From: an uncultured Mycoplasmatota bacterium
GTDB taxonomy: Bacteria > Bacillota_I > Bacilli_A > RF39 > UBA660
Direction of reading: 5' to 3'
NCBI GenBank assembly: GCA_946553095.1
Contig: CAMNRN010000002.1
Coordinates: 1 to 52,633 of the forward strand
Length of the DNA: 52,633 nucleotides
Shown here: one piece after another, positions 29,501 through 36,760 of the stretch
How the letters are laid out: each line of letters begins with the position of its first letter
Position numbering within the stretch: position 1 is the first letter of the stretch
Notes under the pieces: generated by a model
What the model saw: the letters and a program-made list of their open reading frames with translations, nothing else
Database searches by the model: none
Told to the model about the DNA's origin: nothing
Made by a program: the position numbers and the translations under genes

Positions 29501-29622
29501 AGAGAGGTTAGAAGCGAACTTTAGAAAGACAAATTTATAAGATCTGGACGTCTATACTAGGTGATTATAGCAATATAAGTATCTAGAGGTATTAACGCAT
29601 CCCAGGCCCTTTCTATTTTATT

Positions 29623-29648
29623 TTCGCGTGGTTTACACGTCTTATTAT
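29623..29648 (+). promoter_or_regulatory. Phage promoter motif copy 2
   Basis: TTCGC-gtggttt-ACA-cgtct-TATTAT. Confidence 0.8.
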
Positions 29649-29671
29649 AGAAGGAAAAGGAGATGTAGATT

Positions 29672-29890
29672 ATGACAAAAATATTTGGAATCATTTGTTT
29701 AGGAGGTGTAGGTTTACTATACGGAACTGTATTATCAATGATGTATATATTAAGTTTAGGATACTTAGTTATTACTGAAATTATAGGTACAAAGAAGTTT
29801 AATGGTAGATTCAAGAAATTAAACCAACTAATATTTGGTGAATTCAAAGAAACAATCAAAACATTTAAATCTATATTTGAATTAGTCTAA
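29672..29890 (+). CDS. Small membrane protein
   Basis: AAGGAG RBS; hydrophobic N-terminal half. Confidence 0.75.
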   Translation: MTKIFGIICLGGVGLLYGTVLSMMYILSLGYLVITEIIGTKKFNGRFKKLNQLIFGEFKETIKTFKSIFELV

Positions 29891-29907
29891 CAAAGACTAT
29901 TCATTTT

Positions 29908-29933
29908 TACGCGTGAAAAACACTCTGTGTAAT
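29908..29933 (+). promoter_or_regulatory. Phage promoter motif copy 3
   Basis: TACGC-gtgaaaa-ACA-ctctg-TGTAAT. Confidence 0.75.
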
Positions 29934-29954
29934 GAAGAAAGGATGATGAAATTT

Positions 29955-30095
29955 ATGAGAAATTTTGTATTAGGAGTTATTGCAACGATTGGAGCTTTAG
30001 CAGTAGGTAATAAAATCTACGAAAAAGGTTACAATGAAGCAATAGAGGATTCAAAAACTAAAAAAGAATCATCAAAGAAAAAAGAGGAAAAATAG
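29955..30095 (+). CDS. Small membrane-anchored protein
   Basis: Hydrophobic N-terminus, K/E-rich tail; start 29943-29955 uncertain. Confidence 0.65.
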   Translation: MRNFVLGVIATIGALAVGNKIYEKGYNEAIEDSKTKKESSKKKEEK

Positions 30096-30108
30096 TACTC
30101 TTTTATTT

Positions 30109-30134
30109 TTCGCTTGATAAACATTCTATATTAT
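30109..30134 (+). promoter_or_regulatory. Phage promoter motif copy 4
   Basis: TTCGC-ttgataa-ACA-ttcta-TATTAT. Confidence 0.75.
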
Positions 30135-30174
30135 GAAGCGTTATTACTAATCATAGTTCAAAAGATACTAAAGA

Positions 30175-30203
30175 AAAGACTGAAGCATAGTCTTTACTTT
30201 TTT
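30175..30203 (+). terminator. Intrinsic terminator
   Basis: AAAGACT/AGTCTTT stem then T-rich run. Confidence 0.65.
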
Positions 30204-30205
30204 AT

Positions 30206-30231
30206 TTCGCGTAAAAAACACGCCTTATTAT
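30206..30231 (+). promoter_or_regulatory. Phage promoter motif copy 5
   Basis: TTCGC-gtaaaaa-ACA-cgcct-TATTAT. Confidence 0.8.
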
Positions 30232-30253
30232 AGAAAGAAGGAGTGTTATTATT

Positions 30254-30490
30254 ATGAAAACAATTAACAAAGATGAAATTAAAATGGATTCAATCAGAAA
30301 GGATATTGAAGATAGACACGAAAGTGTAAAGGAAATGATTTCTTGTCTTGATGAATGGAAAGATTCAGAAGAGATTAGAGGATTATTACTTGGACAAATT
30401 CGTAAGGCTAATTTTGATATAAAGATGATGGAAGCTAAATTAAAAGTAATGAATGTTATACAAGGTTTCAAAACTAAGGTAACAGCTTAA
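30254..30490 (+). CDS. Hypothetical helical protein
   Basis: GGGAGTG RBS, own promoter motif, downstream hairpin. Confidence 0.75.
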   Translation: MKTINKDEIKMDSIRKDIEDRHESVKEMISCLDEWKDSEEIRGLLLGQIRKANFDIKMMEAKLKVMNVIQGFKTKVTA

Positions 30491-30552
30491 GTCACGGTCA
30501 GCAATGGCTTTGACTTTTAGTTTTTACATAAATTTAAGGAGGTGGATCAAAA

Positions 30553-30810
30553 ATGGAGTATTTTGTTCCTATTATATTTTTTACACTAGGATTCATAATT
30601 GGGGGAATCCTAATAAAAATATCTGTAGGAAAAGAACGAGTAACCGGTGTTGTACAGATCGATCACTCGAGTGGGCTATGCAGATTTCGAGTCGAAGATG
30701 AGACTTTGTCTGATTTGAAATGCAAAAAAGTAGTATTTAGAGTCGACCATAATGCTATTATTAATGAAGACACAGTATTCAATAATTCGCAAGAAAAACA
30801 AGTACTATAA
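30553..30810 (+). CDS. Small membrane-anchored protein
   Basis: AAGGAGGT RBS; N-terminal TM helix. Confidence 0.75.
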   Translation: MEYFVPIIFFTLGFIIGGILIKISVGKERVTGVVQIDHSSGLCRFRVEDETLSDLKCKKVVFRVDHNAIINEDTVFNNSQEKQVL

Positions 30811-30811
30811 T
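30786..30811 (+). promoter_or_regulatory. Phage promoter motif copy 6
   Basis: TTCGC-aagaaaa-ACA-agtac-TATAAT overlapping the upstream stop codon. Confidence 0.75.
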
Positions 30812-30844
30812 GAGTAAGTAATTAGTTTGATAAGGAGGAAAATT

Positions 30845-31204
30845 ATGAAAAAAACTAGAGAATTACTAATGAATGACTACAATGCAGTAGGTGATTTGTT
30901 AAAAGTTGTTCAAAACGAAGATGAAAGGCAGGGTAAACTGTTAAAAGAAAAGGATGATATTCGTAAGGAATTAATTGAATTAGATTCTATCGAAATGCAG
31001 GCTAAGATGAAAGAAGCTGAAATTAAGGCAGAAGATAAAAGAGAGAAAATTCGTAATGGAATAACAATTGGAACTTTTGCAGTGACATCCCTAATAAGCA
31101 TCTGGGCAGTTGTGAAAACATTTAAATTTGATCAGGAAGGCACTGTAACCAGCACATTAGGTCGAGGTATTTTGAGTGGTATTATACCTAAGTTCAAAAA
31201 ATAA
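30845..31204 (+). CDS. Coiled-coil protein with C-terminal TM helix
   Basis: AAGGAGG RBS; hydrophobic segment followed by FDQEGTVTS. Confidence 0.8.
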   Translation: MKKTRELLMNDYNAVGDLLKVVQNEDERQGKLLKEKDDIRKELIELDSIEMQAKMKEAEIKAEDKREKIRNGITIGTFAVTSLISIWAVVKTFKFDQEGTVTSTLGRGILSGIIPKFKK

Positions 31205-31253
31205 CTAGCTCAGAGATTTACAGCATATAACAGGTGCTGTTAGTCTTTCTACG

Positions 31254-31279
31254 TACGCGGCTCAAACATGAGCTATAAT
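31254..31279 (+). promoter_or_regulatory. Phage promoter motif copy 7
   Basis: TACGC-ggctcaa-ACA-tgagc-TATAAT. Confidence 0.8.
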
Positions 31280-31293
31280 GGAAGGAGAACAAT

Positions 31294-31386
31294 ATGCAAA
31301 AGAAATCTATTTGGAAATGGGTATTCTTCGGATTAATTGGAGTATTTATATCTGGGTTTATCTATTTAGTATTTAGAAGGAAGTAA
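31294..31386 (+). CDS. 30-aa membrane peptide (not in ORF track)
   Basis: AAGGAG RBS; MQKKSIWKWVFFGLIGVFISGFIYLVFRRK*. Confidence 0.75.
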   Translation: MQKKSIWKWVFFGLIGVFISGFIYLVFRRK

Positions 31387-31403
31387 TTTGTTTCCTTTGA
31401 TTT

Positions 31404-31429
31404 TTCGCGTAGAAAACATCGCTTATTAT
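31404..31429 (+). promoter_or_regulatory. Phage promoter motif copy 8
   Basis: TTCGC-gtagaaa-ACA-tcgct-TATTAT. Confidence 0.8.
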
Positions 31430-31445
31430 AGAAGGAGATGAAAGT

Positions 31446-31613
31446 ATGATTTTATTATCAATTTTATTATTGACGTTATTATTATTAATTGTGATTGGAG
31501 TGGTATTATTTAGCGTATTTGGCGCAGGTGTTATCATTGTATTCGGAGATGTAATAGTTTGTGCAATAATTATTATATGGTTGATCAAAAAACTACTTAA
31601 GAAAAGAAAATAG
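31446..31613 (+). CDS. 55-aa two-helix membrane peptide (not in ORF track)
   Basis: AAGGAG RBS; MILLSILLLTLLLLIVIGVVLFSVFGAGVIIVFGDVIVCAIIIIWLIKKLLKKRK*. Confidence 0.75.
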   Translation: MILLSILLLTLLLLIVIGVVLFSVFGAGVIIVFGDVIVCAIIIIWLIKKLLKKRK

Positions 31614-31667
31614 TGTTTACAGACACTATATCTTTTTCTATTAATTTTTAAGAAAGGACTTGTTAAG

Positions 31668-32420
31668 ATGAATAATATTCAATATTTATTAAAGAAACAT
31701 TCGACTTTAATAATGACTGTTGTTGCATCTGGAGGAGTTATAGCTACTACGGTATTGGCCGTAAAAGCAACCCCTAAAGCTCAAAAATTGCTAAAGCAGG
31801 CAGCATTATCTAAAGGCAAACCATTAACGACTATTGAAAAAATTAAATATGGTTGGAAACCATATATTGGTTGTGGTATATCTTGTCTTGCTACACTAGG
31901 TTGTATAGCTAGTATAGAATATTTAAACCATCAAAAACAAATCTCACTTATCTCTGCTTATACTATATTGCAAAACTCCTTCGAGCAGTATAGAGGTAAT
32001 ATTAAACAAATTTGTGGAGATGATGTAGATTTGTTAGCTCGACAAGAGATTGTTAGAGCGAGATATGAGGGTATGGATGATCCTCATATGCCGGAGGACG
32101 AAGAAATATTGTTCTTTGATTATCAAGGAATGAGGTTCTTTTGGAGTTCATTTCATAATGTAATGACTGCAGAACATAAGCTTCTAGAGTCATTACATGC
32201 ACGAGGGTATGCTTGTCTTAATGAATATTACGACTATTTAGGTATACCGCGATTAGATTATGGTTATCAACTGGGGTGGGCAGACTATGAGAGCTGTGAT
32301 CCATACAATGTTCATGAATTAGAATTCAACTACGAACAAACATTTATGGGTAAAGATAAAGACGTACAATGCTTTATTATATCAGCTAGTTTACCCGCAA
32401 CATTTGATTATATATTATAG
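31668..32420 (+). CDS. DUF6353-like membrane-anchored protein, paralog 1
   Basis: KHS..I..., TTVLAVKATPKA, GY..LNEYY..LG, GW motifs shared with 32661 and 34428. Confidence 0.75.
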   Translation: MNNIQYLLKKHSTLIMTVVASGGVIATTVLAVKATPKAQKLLKQAALSKGKPLTTIEKIKYGWKPYIGCGISCLATLGCIASIEYLNHQKQISLISAYTILQNSFEQYRGNIKQICGDDVDLLARQEIVRARYEGMDDPHMPEDEEILFFDYQGMRFFWSSFHNVMTAEHKLLESLHARGYACLNEYYDYLGIPRLDYGYQLGWADYESCDPYNVHELEFNYEQTFMGKDKDVQCFIISASLPATFDYIL

Positions 32421-32438
32421 GAAAGGAGATATGCAAGT

Positions 32439-32648
32439 ATGAAAAAAGTTCTAAAAAAGATAGATTGGTTTCAAGTTGGTGTATTAGGCTTAGGAATAGC
32501 TGCATCTATAGCTAAATCTTTTTATGAAAATAAGAAATTTGACGAAGCTCTTAATAAGAAATTCGACGAAAAGATTGAGAAAAAAGTAGACCAATTAATC
32601 AAAGACGGCTTAATTAAGCCTGTAAAAGACATAAGTAAAATAAAATAG
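32439..32648 (+). CDS. Small membrane-anchored protein
   Basis: AAGGAG RBS; hydrophobic stretch then charged coil. Confidence 0.7.
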   Translation: MKKVLKKIDWFQVGVLGLGIAASIAKSFYENKKFDEALNKKFDEKIEKKVDQLIKDGLIKPVKDISKIK

Positions 32649-32660
32649 GAGGATTGAAAT

Positions 32661-33425
32661 ATGAACGAGAAGATTCATAATGCTGTTAAAGCAGCAAAGG
32701 GATTCATATCCAAACATAGTCCTGAGATTCTTACTGGTATAGGACTAGCTAGTATGGTAACTTCTACTGTATTTGCAGTTAAAGCTACTCCAAAAGCTTT
32801 AGAATTAATACAAAAAGAAGAGTACGAACGTAAGGAAAGATTGAAACCAAAAGATGTACTTCTAACTACTTGGAAAGAGTATATACCTGCTGCATCATTT
32901 GGTATAGGGGGATTAATATGTATCATATCTGGATGTAGGATTGGTGCAAAAAGAGGAGCTGCATTAGCAACCGCTTATACTGTGTCCGAACGAGCTTTCA
33001 GAACTTATAGAGAAAAAGTTGTTGAAACTATAGGTGAGAAGAAAGAAAAAGATATCAGACAAAAGATAAACCAAGAGGATATAGATAAGAATCCTCCAGT
33101 TGAATCTAAAATTGTTATTACTCAAAAAGGTAATACTTTGATTAAAGATGAACATTCTGGTAGATATTTTAGATCTGATTTAGATACTATAAGAAAAGCT
33201 GTGAACGAACTCAATAGAGAGATGTTACACAGCAATTATATTTCACTAAATCAATGGTATAGTGCTATTGGACTGGAAATGGTTAAAGATGGTCATAGAC
33301 TAGGGTGGAATATAGATAGAGGTCTTATCGAATTAGACTTTGGAACATGTCTTGCTGGTGATGAACCATGTATAACTATGGAATACTCAAGACCACCAGA
33401 GTATAATTTTGATATGATGTTTTAA
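32661..33425 (+). CDS. DUF6353-like membrane-anchored protein, paralog 2
   Basis: KHSPEILTGIG, AVKATPKA, ALATAY, YISLNQWY, LGW. Confidence 0.8.
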   Translation: MNEKIHNAVKAAKGFISKHSPEILTGIGLASMVTSTVFAVKATPKALELIQKEEYERKERLKPKDVLLTTWKEYIPAASFGIGGLICIISGCRIGAKRGAALATAYTVSERAFRTYREKVVETIGEKKEKDIRQKINQEDIDKNPPVESKIVITQKGNTLIKDEHSGRYFRSDLDTIRKAVNELNREMLHSNYISLNQWYSAIGLEMVKDGHRLGWNIDRGLIELDFGTCLAGDEPCITMEYSRPPEYNFDMMF

Positions 33426-33427
33426 AA

Positions 33428-33453
33428 TACGCGTGAAAAACACGTTATTTAAT
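33428..33453 (+). promoter_or_regulatory. Phage promoter motif copy 9
   Basis: TACGC-gtgaaaa-ACA-cgtta-TTTAAT. Confidence 0.75.
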
Positions 33454-33499
33454 GAAGAAATAAGTTCTTCATGATTATTGATTAAAGGAGGAAATTATT

Positions 33500-33694
33500 A
33501 TGGAAAATCAAAATGAAATCATGGAAGTTGTAGAACAAGGAGGTTCTAAGAAAGTACTAAAGAAAGTAGCAATAGTTGCAGCTGGAATTGCAGCTGGTGT
33601 TGCTGGAGTAGTTCTTTGGAAGAAAAGAAAAGCGAAACAACAAATTGAAGAAATTGAGATTTCCGAAGATTCTAACGAATCAGAAGAAAACTAA
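33500..33694 (+). CDS. Small single-TM protein
   Basis: AAGGAGG RBS; VAIVAAGIAAGVAGVVLW followed by KKRK. Confidence 0.8.
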   Translation: MENQNEIMEVVEQGGSKKVLKKVAIVAAGIAAGVAGVVLWKKRKAKQQIEEIEISEDSNESEEN

Positions 33695-33701
33695 TCTTTG
33701 T

Positions 33702-33736
33702 TAGAGGAGTGACTCATGTTGCTCCTTTGACTTTTT
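33702..33736 (+). terminator. Intrinsic terminator
   Basis: AGAGGAG / CTCCTTT stem followed by T run. Confidence 0.6.
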
Positions 33737-33761
33737 ATATTTTTAAGAAAGGAAAATAGTT

Positions 33762-34409
33762 ATGAGTAAAATAGACCCAAGTCAATCTATGGAAAATTTT
33801 GATTACAAATCTAACTCAAATAAGTCTAAGACTGAAGCAGTTAAGCAAGCCGAAGAAAAAAGAGTGGAAAAGGTTGTAACTGGTAAAGTGGTTACAAAGA
33901 AAAAAAGTGGATTCTCTAAATTTGCTGGTGAGTTTATATCCGAAGATGCTAAGAATATTAAATCTTATGTTATCGGAGATGTATTAATTCCAGCATTTAA
34001 GAAAGCTATATCTGATATAATAACTGATGGCATTGATATGATATTATATGGAGGAAATGGTCGAAGTCGTTCCGGAAGATCTAATGCTGATAGAGTATCA
34101 TATAGAAGTTATTATGATGATCGTAGACCATCTGATAGATTAACCACTAGTAGATATAGTAGTAATAGTTATTCATATGATGATATTATTCTTGATTCTA
34201 GAGGAGAAGCTGAAGAAGTTTTGGCTAGAATGGATGAATTAATGGATACATACGGATTAGTTAGAGTTGCCGACTTGAAGGATTTAGTTGGTATAACAGG
34301 TAGTTACACTGATAATAAATACGGTTGGACAAACATTCGTAATGCAGAAATAGTTCATGTACGTGATGGTTGGATGATCAAAATGCCTAGAGCAGTAGCT
34401 ATAGATTAA
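33762..34409 (+). CDS. Conserved hypothetical phage protein
   Basis: 215 aa; R.EAEEVL..M.EL...YG.V.VADL, YTDNKYGW motif distantly like the C-part of the DUF6353-like paralogs. Confidence 0.8.
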   Translation: MSKIDPSQSMENFDYKSNSNKSKTEAVKQAEEKRVEKVVTGKVVTKKKSGFSKFAGEFISEDAKNIKSYVIGDVLIPAFKKAISDIITDGIDMILYGGNGRSRSGRSNADRVSYRSYYDDRRPSDRLTTSRYSSNSYSYDDIILDSRGEAEEVLARMDELMDTYGLVRVADLKDLVGITGSYTDNKYGWTNIRNAEIVHVRDGWMIKMPRAVAID

Positions 34410-34427
34410 TAAAGGAGGAGTATAATA

Positions 34428-35363
34428 ATGGAATTATTAGATAAAGCAACTAGATTATTTTACGCTAGTAAAGCTACAATAGTAAAACATAGTCCTGAAA
34501 TCTTAATGGTTGCAGGCATAGCTGGTACTGTTGCTACTACAGTAATAGCTTGTAAACAAACTTTAAAAGTAGACAAAATAATGAAAGAGCATAAAGAAAA
34601 AGTGGATGCTGTTCATACTTGTATAGAAGAAAAAAGAGCAGATTACACTGAACAAGATGCTCAAAAAGATTTAACTATAACTTATACCCAAACCGGAGTT
34701 CAATTAGTTAAATTATATGCCCCAGCAATAGGATTAGGTGTATTATCTATTACAGCAATCGTGTCTGGTCATAAAATATTAAAGAAAAGAAATGTCGCAC
34801 TTGCAGCTGCTTATGCAATTGTTGATAAAAGTTTCAAGTCATATCGTTCTAATGTTGTAGAAAGATTTGGAGCACAAGTTGATGATGAGTTAAGACATAA
34901 TATTAAGGCTCAAAAAATGAAAACTAGGAATGAAGATGGAAAATCTGTTAATGAAGAAGTACAACTTATTGATGGAGATCTATCTCAATTAGAATGTAGT
35001 GATTATGCTAGATTCTTTGACTCTAGTTGTCAAGGTCATACAAAAGATCCAGAGTATAATTTAATGTACTTACGTCAACAACAATCTTATTGTAATGAGA
35101 TACTAAAATCACGAGGATATCTATTCTTGAATGAAGTATATAAAATACTTGATATACCTCAAACTAAAGCGGGTCAAATAGTTGGATGGGTATACAATAA
35201 GGATGAAAACAAAGTCGACGGTGATAATTATGTTGACTTTGGAATTTACAACACAAAATATGAACCTAGTAGAAGGTTTGTAAATGGTTGTGAATACAAT
35301 ATACTTTTGGACTTTAATGTAGATGGTCCAATTTTAGATAAAATAGGATTCGGTAGAATCTAA
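34428..35363 (+). CDS. DUF6353-like membrane-anchored protein, paralog 3
   Basis: KHSPEIL..AG, ALAAAY, RGYLFLNEVY, GQIVGW, LDFNVDG. Confidence 0.8.
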   Translation: MELLDKATRLFYASKATIVKHSPEILMVAGIAGTVATTVIACKQTLKVDKIMKEHKEKVDAVHTCIEEKRADYTEQDAQKDLTITYTQTGVQLVKLYAPAIGLGVLSITAIVSGHKILKKRNVALAAAYAIVDKSFKSYRSNVVERFGAQVDDELRHNIKAQKMKTRNEDGKSVNEEVQLIDGDLSQLECSDYARFFDSSCQGHTKDPEYNLMYLRQQQSYCNEILKSRGYLFLNEVYKILDIPQTKAGQIVGWVYNKDENKVDGDNYVDFGIYNTKYEPSRRFVNGCEYNILLDFNVDGPILDKIGFGRI

Positions 35364-35375
35364 TAAGGAGGATAT

Positions 35376-35942
35376 ATGAAAAATTTATTTATATTTTTAG
35401 CTGGTGGCGCAGTTGGAGCCGTTGTCACAGCAAAATTAGTTGAGAAATACTACAGACAAATAGCAGATGAAGAAATTGCTGATGTAGTTGAACATTTCAA
35501 GAATAAAGAAAAAGAATTAAAAAAATTAGAAGAAGAAAAAGTTGAGGATACTAATAAAACCGAAAAGAAAAATACGAAAAAGAATGAAAAGAAACAAGCC
35601 GCTAAAATAATTAACTCAGAAAATTATGGTGAGGCTAGTGTTGAAGAGGTTGAAGAAAAACTAATAAATACTCCAATAGAGAGTGTAACGGGAATCGAAA
35701 TCATAGACCCAATTGAATTTGGTGAAGAAGAGGGTTTTGATAGTAAAACTTGGATGTACTGGAACGATAATGTACTCACGAATGAATTTGATGAGATCGT
35801 AGAACCAGATGATATTGTAGAATTTATTGGTGATGCTTTAACACATTTCGGTGATATTGAACAGGATTCTGTATATGTTAGAAATAGAGCTAACAACACA
35901 GACTATGAAATCTTAAAATCAGAAAAAGAATTTTATGCATAA
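35376..35942 (+). CDS. Membrane-anchored acidic protein
   Basis: N-terminal FIFLAGGAVGAVV; C-terminal VYVRN....DYEI. Confidence 0.8.
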   Translation: MKNLFIFLAGGAVGAVVTAKLVEKYYRQIADEEIADVVEHFKNKEKELKKLEEEKVEDTNKTEKKNTKKNEKKQAAKIINSENYGEASVEEVEEKLINTPIESVTGIEIIDPIEFGEEEGFDSKTWMYWNDNVLTNEFDEIVEPDDIVEFIGDALTHFGDIEQDSVYVRNRANNTDYEILKSEKEFYA

Positions 35943-35958
35943 TAGGAGATAAAACATA

Positions 35959-36519
35959 ATGTCATATAGTGATCAAATTACCAACGAGTACTTTGATTGG
36001 ATGTATAATTATGTTTGTGAAGGTAGAGCTCATAAAGAAATATCATACAGAAAACTGTTTGTTTATTTACATGATACAGAATTTACGTATTCTATTGAAA
36101 GAGATGAAAATAGAGCATATGATGGAATATGTTTAAGAAAACGTTTTGCACATACAAAACCAGAAGAAGATTACAACTATATTCTTGATATTTTGGATGG
36201 TCCATGCTCAGTATTGGAAATGATGATAGCATTAGCTATTCGTTTCGAAGAAGAGATTATGGATAATCCACAATATGGTTGTAGGACTCAACAATGGTTT
36301 TGGTCTATGTTAAAAAACATGGGACTTAATCTTATGACAGATGCTGTATTTGATAGAAGATATACTGAACAAGCTGTAAATATTATGTTAAATCGCGAAT
36401 ACGAACGAAACGGACGTGGAGGCTTGTTTTATATACCAAATTGTAAAGACGATTTACGTAGATTCGAAATATGGACTCAACTTTGTTGGTTTTCAAATGC
36501 ATTTTTAAGTGATTTTTAG
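35959..36519 (+). CDS. Conserved hypothetical phage protein
   Basis: D.NRA.DG..LR, CSVLEMMIALA, G.GGLF, EIW.Q motifs; AGGAG RBS. Confidence 0.8.
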   Translation: MSYSDQITNEYFDWMYNYVCEGRAHKEISYRKLFVYLHDTEFTYSIERDENRAYDGICLRKRFAHTKPEEDYNYILDILDGPCSVLEMMIALAIRFEEEIMDNPQYGCRTQQWFWSMLKNMGLNLMTDAVFDRRYTEQAVNIMLNREYERNGRGGLFYIPNCKDDLRRFEIWTQLCWFSNAFLSDF

Positions 36520-36545
36520 TTAATTGAAAAAGGAAGATGTAAATT

Positions 36546-36755
36546 ATGACAAAATTAGATAATACACGTATCGATGGTTGCATCCCTTGGCTTAAGAAAG
36601 AAATGGATAAAAACGATCTATTTATATTTAGAGTCATAGATGAAGACCATATAGGGGCTTTCTTTAAAAATGACCCTGACCATTGTTTTTGTGTGTTTTA
36701 TGTCAAAGTTGTACAGCGTATTATTGATGAGGAGTTTGAATCGGAAGGAGGGTAA
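36546..36755 (+). CDS. Hypothetical protein
   Basis: 69-aa ORF with AAGGA RBS in operon. Confidence 0.6.
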   Translation: MTKLDNTRIDGCIPWLKKEMDKNDLFIFRVIDEDHIGAFFKNDPDHCFCVFYVKVVQRIIDEEFESEGG

Positions 36756-36760
36756 GTAAG

